DNA from: Gammaproteobacteria bacterium | GTDB taxonomy: Bacteria; Pseudomonadota; Gammaproteobacteria; Magnimaribacterales; AG-339-G14 | DNA length: 64,000 nucleotides | Direction: 5' to 3' | Assembly: GCA_004213955.1 (NCBI GenBank) | Contig: SGZL01000005.1 | Coordinates: 401-64,400 of the forward strand | In this document: in pieces, positions 9,716 through 19,842 of the stretch | Numbering within the stretch: position 1 is the first letter of the stretch | Layout of the letters: each line of letters opens with the position of its first letter | The notes under the pieces: generated by a model | What the model was told of the DNA's origin: nothing | Database searches by the model: none | Seen by the model: the letters and a program-made list of their open reading frames with translations, nothing else | Program-made: the position numbers and the translations under genes

Positions 9716-12700
9716 TTAACTAACCTTTAATTTTTTTTGATCCATTTCTTGTAAAACTCTTTTGTAATCAGTAGGCATAACTTTACTAAAATTATGAAGT
9801 TCCTTTTTCCAATTATCCAGAATTTTCTTGGCAACTGTTGATTTTGTATATTTAAAGTGATTTTCAATTAACTCTTTCAATTCAGCTTCGTCTTCTTTAA
9901 TTTTAATTTTTTCTAAATCAAATGTACTCAAATTACACTTTCTTTCAAATGTTTTATTTTGGTCATAAATATAAGCTATGCCTCCACTCATTCCTGCGCC
10001 AAAATTTCTTCCAGTTTTACCCAAAATCACTGCTCTACCGCCGGTCATATACTCGCAACCATGGTCACCAATTCCTTCAACTACAACTCTGGCTCCACTA
10101 TTTCTTACACAGAACCTCTCTGCTGCAATACCTCTAAAGTAAGCCTCTCCACCCGTTGCACCGTAAAGCGCAACATTACCTAATAGGATATTTTCTTCAG
10201 GTATAAATTTACTCTCTTTCGGAGGATAAATAATTATTTTTCCTCCAGACAAGCCCTTACCAACGTAATCGTTTGCGTCGCCTTCTAAATTTATTGTGAT
10301 GCCTTTGGCAATCCAAGCTCCGAGGCTTTGTCCGGCCGATCCTTTAAGATTTATTTTAATAGTATCTTGAGGCAACCCGTTGGCACCCCAAATTTTAGAA
10401 ACTTCGTTAGACAATATTGTTCCAAATACTCTATTGGTGTTACCAATCTTTAAATTCACGTTAATTTTTTGCTTAGTTTTAATATTATTTTTAATAGCCC
10501 TCACCAAAGCCATGTCCATAGATTTTTTGAGGTTATGATTTTGTTTTTTAGTATTGAAAACTTCAGTGTCTTTAAAAACTTTTTGAGCTGGAGAAAGAAT
10601 ATTTGATAGATCCAATCCATCTCTTTTCCAATGATTTAGCGCGGCTTCCATTTCAAGTAAATCCACTCTACCTATTAGTTCATTCAAAGTTTTTACACCC
10701 AGTTTTGCCATTATCATTCTAAGTTCTTTGGCTACCATGAAAAGATAATTAACTACATTCTCTGGGCTACCATGGAATTTTTTTCTCAGCTCTTTGTCTT
10801 GAGTAGCAATACCTACCGGACAAGTATTTAGGTGACATTTACGCATCATAATGCATCCCAAGGTAACAAGCGGTGCTGTAGAAAAGCCAAATTCTTCGGC
10901 GCCTAGAATAGCTGCAATTGCAACATCTCTTCCAGTTTTAAGCTGGCCATCGGTTTGAAGAACTACTCTGGACCTCAAATTATTCATAACTAAAGTTTGA
11001 TGCGTTTCAGCAATTCCAAGCTCCCACGGAAGCCCAGCATGCTTGATAGAAGTTAGTGGAGAGGCTCCAGTGCCACCATCATGACCTGCTATCACCAAGT
11101 GATCAGTTTTTGCTTTAACTACACCCGCGGCAATAGTTCCTACACCTATTTCCGATACCAATTTGACACTAATTCTAGAACTACGATTAGCATTTTTGAG
11201 ATCATGAATTAACTGAGCTATATCTTCGATTGAATAAATATCGTGGTGCGGCGGCGGACTTATTAATCCAACTCCAGGTGTTGAATGTCTTATTTTGGCA
11301 ATGTAATCGTCAACTTTAGTTCCAGGCAATTCTCCACCTTCTCCTGGTTTAGCTCCTTGAGCAATCTTAATTTGAAGTTCGTCGGAGTTGGTTAAATACC
11401 ACATTGTTACTCCAAATCTACCTGAGGCAACTTGCTTAATCGCTGATCTTTTAGACCTTCCATCTTCAAGAGGTTTGAATCTTATTGGATCTTCTCCTCC
11501 CTCTCCGGTATTTGATTTTCCTCCAAGTTTATTCATCGCCAATGCTAAAGATTCATGTGCTTCGGTTGAAATGGAGCCAAGAGACATAGCTCCCGTGGCA
11601 AATCTTTTAACTATTTCCTTTTCAGGTTCTACTTCTTCTAAAGGAAGGGAATCAGTAGCATATTTGAATTTCATCAAACCTCTTAAAGTACTGTTCTTAG
11701 TAGTTTGTTCATTGGCATGATTAGCGAACTTCCAATAAGCGGATTCGTCGTTATTTTTTGATGCTAGTTGTAATGCTGAAATAGATTTAGGATCCCACAT
11801 GTGACTGTCTCCACCATTTCTCCAATGAAAGTCTCCAGGATTTGGAAGGGTCGCAATTTTATTTTGTTCAATTTCAGGAAAACCTAATTCGTGACGCCTT
11901 TCAATTTCCTTTGTAAGGACTTCAAAATTAATTCCCTGAACCCTGCTAGGAGTTCCTGGAAAAGAAAGATCTATGATGTCATCTGCCAATCCTACAGCTT
12001 CAAATATCTGAGCACCTTTGTAGGATTGAAGGGTTGAAATACCCATTTTAGCCATAACTTTTAACATACCTTTGGCTACACCTTTTTTGTAAGCCTTGAC
12101 AAGGTCTCTTGAAGTTTTTAGAGCTTCATCTTTGAGTAAACCGTCTTTGAGAGATTTTTCTAAAACATTAAAAGCTAAGTAAGGGTTTACTGCATCTGCT
12201 CCATACCCAACAAGAAGGCAATGATGATGTACTTCACGAGCTTCACCAGTCTCTAAAATTATTCCTATTTGAGTTCTTTTTTCATTTTTTACTAAATGAT
12301 GGTGGACAGAAGAACAAGCCAAAAGTGAGCTTAGAGCAATATTGTCACGGCTGATTTTTTTATCTGAAAGAACTATGAATGAAAAACCCTTTTCGATTGC
12401 TTCTTCAGATTCTTTACAAATTCTTTTTAAGGCAGCTTTCAATCCTCTTTCTCCTTTGCCCCTGGGATAAGTGATATCAATAGTCTTAGTTTTCCAACCA
12501 AATTTTTTAATTTCTTTAATTTTTGCTAGTTCATTATTCGAGAGGATGGGGTGTTCAAGATTAAGTCTGTGAACATTTCTTTCTTTAGTTGCTAGTAAGT
12601 TTTCCTCAGGGCCTATCAAACATTTTAAAGACATGATCACTTCTTCTCGAATTGAATCAATGGGCGGATTAGTAATTTGCGCAAATAGCTGCTTGAAATA

Positions 12701-14278
12701 GTCGTAAATCATCCTAGGCTTATCAGACAAACACGCAAGTGCAGCATCATTTCCCATTGAACCGAGAGGGTCTCTCAGTTCTGTAACTAATGGCAATAAC
12801 ATGAACTCTAGTGTCTCTGTGGTATAACCAAAGGCTTGCATTTTAGAAATTAAATTTTCTTCCTTAGCCTCTTTTTTATTAGAAATTAAATCTCTGAGAT
12901 TTACTATTTGTTTTTTATTCCAATCCTTGTAAGGATTTTGAGAAGCAACATCTTTTTTAATTTCTTCATCAGAGATTAATTTTCCTTGTTCAAAATCTAT
13001 TAAAAACATTTTTCCTGGTTGTAACCTCCCTTTAGAAACTACATTTTTAGGATTCACAGGAAGGACTCCGACCTCTGAAGCCATGATCACTTTGTCATCG
13101 TCAGTAACATAAAACCTACTAGGACGAAGACCGTTTCTATCGAGAACAGCGCCCACCATTTTTCCGTCAGTGAAGACAATTGATGCCGGGCCATCCCATG
13201 GTTCCATAAGTGATGACGAGTATTCGTAAAAAGCTTTCTTTTTGGGGGACATCTCTTTGTCATTTTGCCAAGCTTCAGGAATCATCATCATGATTGCTTC
13301 GGGTATCTTTCTTCCCGACATAATTAAGAACTCTAGAACGTTATCAAAACTTCCTGAATCTGAGCAGTCAGGCTCCGCAATGGGGAATAGCTTTTGTAAT
13401 TTTTTTCCAAATAATGGGCTTTCTGCCATACCTTGCCTGGCTCTCATTAAGTTTACATTACCTTTAAGAGTATTTATTTCGCCGTTATGACACATGTACC
13501 TACAAGGTTGAGCTCTATCCCATGAAGGAAAAGTATTTGTGCTGAAACGAGAATGAACCATTGCAAGATGGGTCTTTAATTTTTTATTTTCTAAATCCGA
13601 AAAAAAAGGAAATAATTGGGCGGGTGTCAGCATTCCTTTATAAATGATTAGTCTTGATGAAAGTGAACAAGCATAAAACATTAAACCCTGAGTTAAGCCT
13701 TCTTCGAATCTTAATCTCTTGCTAAAAATTTTTCTGCATAAATAAAGTTTTCTTTCAAAATCATCCTGAGATATGTTTCCCTTAGTTCCAACAAAAAGTT
13801 GTTCTATTATTGGTTGACAATTTAGTGCCGCTGGACCGACATTTGCTTTTTTTTGATTTGTCGGGACTTTTCTCCATCCGAGAAATTCAAGACCTTCCTG
13901 AGATAATATTTTTTCGACTGTTTCCTTACAAAAGCTATTTTCTGAACTTTTTTGAGGCAGGAATATGTTGCCTACTGCATATTCGCCTTTTTTTGGTAGT
14001 TTTAAGCCTAAGGTTTTAGCTTCAGTTTGGAAAAAGGAATCGGGAAGGGCGAGTAATATCCCGGCACCATCACCAGTATTTTCTTCAAATCCACATCCGC
14101 CACGATGGTCCATTCTAGAATTAATTAGATAGGCATTATCCATTATCTCTCTAGAAGGAAGACCTTTCACATTCGCAACAAGACCTACTCCGCAAGAATC
14201 TCTTTCGAAATCCGGATCGTAAAGACCTTTTTTCTTAGGTCTGGTTACAAAATATTCGTCTTTTGGCACAAAATACAC
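9716..14278 (-). CDS. gltB: Glutamate synthase large subunit (true start may be the GTG at 14269, after an AGGTG SD)
   Basis: ERDSCGVG (catalytic N-terminal Cys after processing), HSRFSTNTFPSW, HNGEINT, SNTGEGGED, CIMMRKCHLNTCPVG, GXGXG C-terminal domain. Confidence 0.97.
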   Translation of the reverse strand: MYFVPKDEYFVTRPKKKGLYDPDFERDSCGVGLVANVKGLPSREIMDNAYLINSRMDHRGGCGFEENTGDGAGILLALPDSFFQTEAKTLGLKLPKKGEYAVGNIFLPQKSSENSFCKETVEKILSQEGLEFLGWRKVPTNQKKANVGPAALNCQPIIEQLFVGTKGNISQDDFERKLYLCRKIFSKRLRFEEGLTQGLMFYACSLSSRLIIYKGMLTPAQLFPFFSDLENKKLKTHLAMVHSRFSTNTFPSWDRAQPCRYMCHNGEINTLKGNVNLMRARQGMAESPLFGKKLQKLFPIAEPDCSDSGSFDNVLEFLIMSGRKIPEAIMMMIPEAWQNDKEMSPKKKAFYEYSSSLMEPWDGPASIVFTDGKMVGAVLDRNGLRPSRFYVTDDDKVIMASEVGVLPVNPKNVVSKGRLQPGKMFLIDFEQGKLISDEEIKKDVASQNPYKDWNKKQIVNLRDLISNKKEAKEENLISKMQAFGYTTETLEFMLLPLVTELRDPLGSMGNDAALACLSDKPRMIYDYFKQLFAQITNPPIDSIREEVIMSLKCLIGPEENLLATKERNVHRLNLEHPILSNNELAKIKEIKKFGWKTKTIDITYPRGKGERGLKAALKRICKESEEAIEKGFSFIVLSDKKISRDNIALSSLLACSSVHHHLVKNEKRTQIGIILETGEAREVHHHCLLVGYGADAVNPYLAFNVLEKSLKDGLLKDEALKTSRDLVKAYKKGVAKGMLKVMAKMGISTLQSYKGAQIFEAVGLADDIIDLSFPGTPSRVQGINFEVLTKEIERRHELGFPEIEQNKIATLPNPGDFHWRNGGDSHMWDPKSISALQLASKNNDESAYWKFANHANEQTTKNSTLRGLMKFKYATDSLPLEEVEPEKEIVKRFATGAMSLGSISTEAHESLALAMNKLGGKSNTGEGGEDPIRFKPLEDGRSKRSAIKQVASGRFGVTMWYLTNSDELQIKIAQGAKPGEGGELPGTKVDDYIAKIRHSTPGVGLISPPPHHDIYSIEDIAQLIHDLKNANRSSRISVKLVSEIGVGTIAAGVVKAKTDHLVIAGHDGGTGASPLTSIKHAGLPWELGIAETHQTLVMNNLRSRVVLQTDGQLKTGRDVAIAAILGAEEFGFSTAPLVTLGCIMMRKCHLNTCPVGIATQDKELRKKFHGSPENVVNYLFMVAKELRMIMAKLGVKTLNELIGRVDLLEMEAALNHWKRDGLDLSNILSPAQKVFKDTEVFNTKKQNHNLKKSMDMALVRAIKNNIKTKQKINVNLKIGNTNRVFGTILSNEVSKIWGANGLPQDTIKINLKGSAGQSLGAWIAKGITINLEGDANDYVGKGLSGGKIIIYPPKESKFIPEENILLGNVALYGATGGEAYFRGIAAERFCVRNSGARVVVEGIGDHGCEYMTGGRAVILGKTGRNFGAGMSGGIAYIYDQNKTFERKCNLSTFDLEKIKIKEDEAELKELIENHFKYTKSTVAKKILDNWKKELHNFSKVMPTDYKRVLQEMDQKKLKVS

Positions 14279-14355
14279 CTAAATTTAGTAAATCGGAGTC
14301 CTTATCGCTTGGACTGGGCGTCACTTTTCGCGCATGTGATATGCAGTTTCTTTAA

Positions 14356-14384
14356 ATCTTATTAAAAAAACGGCTAAAAGTGAA
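14356..14384 (-). promoter_or_regulatory. Putative sigma70 promoter of gltBD
   Basis: On the minus strand TTCACT-N17-TAAGAT, implying a ~70-80 nt 5' UTR. Confidence 0.5.
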
Positions 14385-14392
14385 TTATTTGC

Positions 14393-15472
14393 TTATATCT
14401 TTAAGCTTTCGATAAGGGAATTTTCGTCAATATTTTCTGAAATTTGGGCTCTTCCTATCGAATTTAACGTTATAAATCTAAGTTTGTTGGAAAGAATTTT
14501 CTTATCACGACTCATTGCCTCTTTAAACTCATCGTAATCAAAATTTGTTGGTAATTCTGTTGGCAAACCTGCTGACTCTATTATTTTCTTAATTCTTTCA
14601 TATTCTTTGTCCTCAATCTTGCCTAATAGCAAAGAGAGTTTAGAGGCACATATCATTCCTAGCCCAACTGCTTGACCGTGTGTAAAGCCTTTGAGGGACA
14701 TAGATGACTCAAAAGCATGTCCAAAGGTATGCCCAAAATTAAGTAATGCTCTATCACCTTTCTCCCTTTCATCATTTGAAACGATAGAAGATTTAATAAG
14801 AGATGAATCGTAAATGATCTTAATTAGGTCTTCATCATTAGTTATCGAGCCATTATTTATTTTTTGTTCTAATTCTTCAAAGAGAGATTTATCGGCAATA
14901 AGAGAGTGCTTTATGATCTCTGCTAGACCCTCTGAAATTTCAGATTTTCTTAAACTAGATAAAAGATCTATATCAATTAGAACCAAATTTGGCTGGTAGA
15001 AAGCACCAATATTATTCTTAGCCCCTTGAAAATTAATCCCTGTTTTACCTCCGATGGCTGCATCTACTTGAGACAAAAGAGTTGAGGGAATTTGGATTAG
15101 ATCTACCCCTCTTAAATAACTAGAAGCAACAAAACCTGTCATATCTGTAGTAATTCCCCCACCAAGGGAAATGATCACACAATCTCTATTAAATTTATTT
15201 TGATTTAAAGTTTCGTAAATCGGTTGAATTCCTTCGATGCTTTTATTTTCTTCGCTAGTTTGAATTTCTAAAGAGATTAAAGCCTTAGGATCGAATTGAG
15301 CTAAATTTTTATTTAAATCATCTAAGAATTTCTCTGGAACATTTGAATCTTTAATAATTAAAATCTGCTTATTTTCTACCAGCCACTGAAAGTTGTAATT
15401 TTTCAATAAAGATTTATCTATTAACACTTCGTAGCTCGAAGAAGCGGTTCTAACCAGTATTGATTTAGACAT
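14393..15472 (-). CDS. aroB: 3-dehydroquinate synthase
   Basis: LGGGITTDMTGF, PSTLLSQVDAAIGGKTGIN, KNNIGAFYQP, LLNFGHTFGHA. Confidence 0.95.
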   Translation of the reverse strand: MSKSILVRTASSSYEVLIDKSLLKNYNFQWLVENKQILIIKDSNVPEKFLDDLNKNLAQFDPKALISLEIQTSEENKSIEGIQPIYETLNQNKFNRDCVIISLGGGITTDMTGFVASSYLRGVDLIQIPSTLLSQVDAAIGGKTGINFQGAKNNIGAFYQPNLVLIDIDLLSSLRKSEISEGLAEIIKHSLIADKSLFEELEQKINNGSITNDEDLIKIIYDSSLIKSSIVSNDEREKGDRALLNFGHTFGHAFESSMSLKGFTHGQAVGLGMICASKLSLLLGKIEDKEYERIKKIIESAGLPTELPTNFDYDEFKEAMSRDKKILSNKLRFITLNSIGRAQISENIDENSLIESLKI

Positions 15473-15974
15473 TAAAATGATTAATTATTTTATTTGCGAT
15501 TTCTTCATTAGACATGGAATCAGATAAAAGTTCCAACTTTGACACTTTTTTATAACTATCTAATCTTTTTTCATAGAGAGTTTGAAGGGTTAATTTAGGA
15601 TCACTTGTTTGTAAAAGAGGCCTCTTTTTAGAATCTTTAGTATTTTCAAATTGACTTTCAACGCTACAGTTTAAGAAAACTACATTTGTCTCATTTGCCA
15701 ACAATTCTAAATTTTTAATTTTTTCAACAACCCCGCCACCAGTTGAGATAATACAATCATTAAATTTTTTAGTTTTAATTAAGTAATTAGTTTCGGTAGT
15801 TCTAAAAAACTCTTCTCCCTTGGAGGCAAACATTTCAGTTATGGGCATATTCAAATCTTTTTCTATTTCTTTATCAATATCAAACAAAGAAACGCCTAGC
15901 TTTTCACTCAAGATTTTACCAATTTTTGATTTACCAGACCCCATAGGACCAATTAGAAAAATTTTCATTAGCAC
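15465..15974 (-). CDS. aroK: Shikimate kinase
   Basis: GPMGSGKS, GEEFFR, STGGG, RPLL; overlaps aroB. Confidence 0.95.
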   Translation of the reverse strand: MLMKIFLIGPMGSGKSKIGKILSEKLGVSLFDIDKEIEKDLNMPITEMFASKGEEFFRTTETNYLIKTKKFNDCIISTGGGVVEKIKNLELLANETNVVFLNCSVESQFENTKDSKKRPLLQTSDPKLTLQTLYEKRLDSYKKVSKLELLSDSMSNEEIANKIINHFNV

Positions 15975-16019
15975 TTAGTAACCATTAGAATATATTTTAC
16001 CTTATCGAAGTATTAGACA

Positions 16020-18395
16020 ATGTTTTTCAATAAATATTTTTTTATATTACTAATTATCTTCTTACTCCCAATTCATTTTGGTTTAGGTATCTATATTTAT
16101 CTATCTCATGATCTGCCAACAACAGAAGACGTAAGAAATGTGGAGCTCCAAGTTCCTCTTAAGATATTTACTTCCGATGGTAAATTGATCGGTGAATACG
16201 GGGAAATTCATCGAACTAAATTAAATTTTAATGAAATTCCAGAAAATTTAATAAATGCTTTTTTAGCTGCTGAAGACAGCGATTTTTTTACTCACACGGG
16301 AGTAGATTTTCTGAGTCTGCTGAGAGCTACTTACCAATATATAAAAGAAGGAGAAATCATCAGCGGTGGTGGAACCATTACCATGCAAGTGGCGAGAAAT
16401 TATGTGTTAACTAAAGACCAAACCTTCGAGAGAAAGCTCAAAGAGATATTTATGGCCTTTAAGTTAGATTTATCTTTTACAAAAGAAGAAATATTCGAAC
16501 TTTATGTCAATCAAATCTTTCTTGGAAATAGAGCTTATGGTGTTGCAGCAGCATCAGAAATTTATTATGGAAAAGGTTTATCTGAATTGTCTATAGCACA
16601 ATCAGCTATGATAGCTAGTCTGCCTAAAGCACCGTCTCGAATCAATCCAATTGCTAATCCAAAAAGGGCCTTAATTAGAAGAAATTGGGTTTTAAGTAGA
16701 ATGGAATCCTTAGGATATATTGACGAAGATAATTTTTTACAAGCATTTAATGAGCCAATATCTGCCTTTTTTAATGGCATCGGTTCGGAAGTTGAGGCAG
16801 ATTATCTTGCTGAGCAAATACGAAGGTATATGATCCAAAACTATGGTTTATCTGCTTACAAAGAAGGATATAAGGTTTACTCGACTTTAAATTCGTCTTA
16901 TCAAACAGCTGCTGTTAATTCTGTAAGAAGAGGAATAGAGTCTTACGAATCAAGGCATGGCTTCAGAAAACCTGAAAATTATAGTGAATTAATTCCAGAC
17001 GACTTTATCCAGAGAACAGATTTATTTTATAAAGTTGCCTACGATCCAAACAACTTTAAAGACGAGTTTGGAATTAAAAAAGATTTAACTAATCCTCTAG
17101 ATGAACTATTAGACTTTCTAGCCGACCAAGCTGCCTTCAACTCTTTTCAACCAGTACTAGTGCTATCTTCTAAGAATAAGAAGATGACTCTTTTAAACAA
17201 AGACTCAGAAATAATTACCATGGACATAAGTAATTTAATTTCCAATATCAAACCAAAAATAAATGAAAATAAAAAAGGCAAAAATATAGAGAGTTTTTTA
17301 AATTTTTTTGAAGTAGGGGATTTAATTTGGTTGAGATTAGATGAAGACAAAAAATTTGAGATAGCAATGCATCCTGAAGTGCAAAGTGCTCTAGTTAGCA
17401 TCGATCCAAACTCTGGCAAGATTCTTGCTTTAGTTGGCGGCTATAGTTTTAGCTCTAGTAAGTTTAATAGAGCCATGCAAGCTAAACCTCAACTTGGATC
17501 AAATTTTAAGCCTTTTTTATATGCTGCGGCTTTTGAAAACGGCTTTAATCCAGCAACTATAATAAACGATGCTCCGGTTGTATTTGAAGATCAAAATTTA
17601 GAGGAATTTTGGAGACCCAAAAATGCTAGTGGGAAATTTTATGGACCAACTAGATTAAGAGAAGCATTGTTGCAATCGAGAAATGTAGTCACTGTAAGAT
17701 TGCTAAATGATCTAGGAATATCTAAAACAAAAAACTACCTCACAAGATTTGGATTCGAAAGAGACAGTTTGCCTGAAGATTTATCAATGGCATTAGGATC
17801 TTATGGAATTAGCCCTTACAAAAACGCAGAATTTTTCTCCATTTTTGCTAATGGAGGAAAAAAAATTAATCCGACTTTCATTGAAAAAATCGTAGATAAG
17901 GATGGTAATGAGATACTTTTTGACCAAAAAGACGCTTCGAAAAAAACTTTGGAACAATGGATAGGAAATTCTTTAACTGTAGAACAGACCTTTGCTATTG
18001 ACCCTAGAGTTTCATTTGTTGTAACTGATATTTTAAGAGAAGCAACACGAAGGGGCACCGGAAGAGGGATTAAAAAACTCCAAAGAGACGATTTTGCTGG
18101 GAAAACAGGTACGACTAATAACTCCGAAAGCACCTGGTTTACTGGGTACAACAATAAGATTTTAACAACAGTTTGGTTCGGCTATGATCAACCAAGGTCT
18201 TTAGGACAAAAAGAATATGGTAGTACTACTGCACTACCAATCTGGTTGGGCTATATGGAAGACATTGTCGATTCGATCGAGTATTCTCCCCCTACAATTC
18301 CTGCGAATCTAATTGCAAAAAAAATAAATCTAGCTAATGGATTAGATGCCAGCCCTTCAGATCAGAATACAGCGTTTGAATATTTTTTCGATTAG
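16020..18395 (+). CDS. mrcA: Penicillin-binding protein 1A (bifunctional glycosyltransferase/transpeptidase)
   Basis: N-terminal TM, AAEDSDFFTH, GGTITMQVARN, RKLKE, LYVNQIFLG; transpeptidase motifs SNFK, SRN, KTG. Confidence 0.95.
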   Translation: MFFNKYFFILLIIFLLPIHFGLGIYIYLSHDLPTTEDVRNVELQVPLKIFTSDGKLIGEYGEIHRTKLNFNEIPENLINAFLAAEDSDFFTHTGVDFLSLLRATYQYIKEGEIISGGGTITMQVARNYVLTKDQTFERKLKEIFMAFKLDLSFTKEEIFELYVNQIFLGNRAYGVAAASEIYYGKGLSELSIAQSAMIASLPKAPSRINPIANPKRALIRRNWVLSRMESLGYIDEDNFLQAFNEPISAFFNGIGSEVEADYLAEQIRRYMIQNYGLSAYKEGYKVYSTLNSSYQTAAVNSVRRGIESYESRHGFRKPENYSELIPDDFIQRTDLFYKVAYDPNNFKDEFGIKKDLTNPLDELLDFLADQAAFNSFQPVLVLSSKNKKMTLLNKDSEIITMDISNLISNIKPKINENKKGKNIESFLNFFEVGDLIWLRLDEDKKFEIAMHPEVQSALVSIDPNSGKILALVGGYSFSSSKFNRAMQAKPQLGSNFKPFLYAAAFENGFNPATIINDAPVVFEDQNLEEFWRPKNASGKFYGPTRLREALLQSRNVVTVRLLNDLGISKTKNYLTRFGFERDSLPEDLSMALGSYGISPYKNAEFFSIFANGGKKINPTFIEKIVDKDGNEILFDQKDASKKTLEQWIGNSLTVEQTFAIDPRVSFVVTDILREATRRGTGRGIKKLQRDDFAGKTGTTNNSESTWFTGYNNKILTTVWFGYDQPRSLGQKEYGSTTALPIWLGYMEDIVDSIEYSPPTIPANLIAKKINLANGLDASPSDQNTAFEYFFD

Positions 18396-18976
18396 ACAAA
18401 AATAGTTTTTTTGATTAGTTCCCAATGTTCCTGCCATGAGGTAACTGGGCTATTTTTAAAATTACTTCTTAGAAAACTTTGAATCTGTCCTTCCATGCAA
18501 GTCATTAAAAGATCGGAACAGCTTGCAGAATTAATGGCTAACTTTTTCTTAGTATCTCTTTCATAAGCCTGAAAAGACTGTTTGATTTCCACATTTAGTT
18601 TTTCCAAAATTAAAGATATTTTGTCGTCTATTTTTGCTTCGGCTGCACTTAACGCTTGCTTGTTGATAATTTTCGCAAACCCTTTGTTTGTTTCTAGAAA
18701 AGTTAAAATAAGAGTAACTATTAGCCCTGGAATCTCATCTGATGATTGATTTTGCTTCATTGTTTCTATTCTTGGAAAAATATTCGATTCAAAGAAAATT
18801 ACCATTTCTTCATAAATTTTTCTTTTGCTTGGGAAATGTCTGTATATCGCTGCTTCAGTTATGTTCGTTCTTCTGGCCAATTCTGCAGTGGTAATTTTTA
18901 CAGGAGTTTTTTCTTCAAGCATTTCTGCAAGAGTCTGCATGATCTGAATTTTTCTTGATACTTTACTCTCTGCCAT
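18392..18976 (-). CDS. slmA: Nucleoid occlusion factor SlmA (TetR family)
   Basis: RKIQIMQTLAEMLE, ITTAELA, TEAAIYRHFPSK; position in the algC-argB-slmA block. Confidence 0.85.
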   Translation of the reverse strand: MAESKVSRKIQIMQTLAEMLEEKTPVKITTAELARRTNITEAAIYRHFPSKRKIYEEMVIFFESNIFPRIETMKQNQSSDEIPGLIVTLILTFLETNKGFAKIINKQALSAAEAKIDDKISLILEKLNVEIKQSFQAYERDTKKKLAINSASCSDLLMTCMEGQIQSFLRSNFKNSPVTSWQEHWELIKKTIFV

Positions 18977-19837
18977 CTATCTATTAATCAAAGTGCCTAC
19001 ACCTTTTTGAGTAAGAATCTCTAACAATACAGCATGAGGAACTCTTCCATCAACTATGTGAGCATAATTTACACCTTGATTTAAGGCATCTATTGCAGCC
19101 GTAAGTTTAGGCACCATTCCGCCTTTAACTATTGTTTTATTTTTTAATAGTTTTTTCGAATCTTTAAAACTTATTTGAGAAATTTTCTTACCACTCTCAT
19201 TTTTAATTCCTAAGACATCTGTCAAAAGGATTATTTTTTCTGCCTTTATAGTTCCGGCAACAAAACATGCAACCTCATCAGCGTTTATATTAAGAGGTGT
19301 TTTTTTTGGGCCCCATCCAATTGGGGAGATGATGGGAATCTGATGAGACGTTAAAGCTTTTAAAAGTTTTGATTTATTTATTTTTGTGATTTGACCAACT
19401 TCTCCCAGCGATTTATTTTTCGATTTTATTGCATTGATAAGACCCATTTTTTTTCCAGCAAATGATTTTCCTTGTCCACCCCATGAATTAATTAACTTCT
19501 TAATTTCAGGATTAATTTGTAGATCAAGAACTTTTTGAATTACTTTTACCATCTCAGGAGTAGTAACTCTGATTCCATTTTTGAATTTAAAATCAAGTTT
19601 GAGTCGATCCAATTCTTTACCTATTTGAGGACCTCCTCCGTGAACAATGACGGGATTTATTCCAACTGTTTTCATTAGCACTACGTCTCGAGCAAAGCTT
19701 TTTCTAAGATAACTATCTCGCATGGCACTACCCCCGTATTTAATCACAATGGTTTTTCCTGAAAATTTTTGTATGTAAGGCAGTGCTTCAGAAAGAACTT
19801 TAGAGATATTAATAGCCGATTTTTTTGAGATGCTCAT
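18977..19837 (-). CDS. argB: Acetylglutamate kinase
   Basis: EALPYIQKFSGKTIVIKYGGSAM, VHGGGPQI, NINAD, GGMVPK, DGRVPHA. Confidence 0.96.
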   Translation of the reverse strand: MSISKKSAINISKVLSEALPYIQKFSGKTIVIKYGGSAMRDSYLRKSFARDVVLMKTVGINPVIVHGGGPQIGKELDRLKLDFKFKNGIRVTTPEMVKVIQKVLDLQINPEIKKLINSWGGQGKSFAGKKMGLINAIKSKNKSLGEVGQITKINKSKLLKALTSHQIPIISPIGWGPKKTPLNINADEVACFVAGTIKAEKIILLTDVLGIKNESGKKISQISFKDSKKLLKNKTIVKGGMVPKLTAAIDALNQGVNYAHIVDGRVPHAVLLEILTQKGVGTLINR

Positions 19838-19842
19838 GATCT

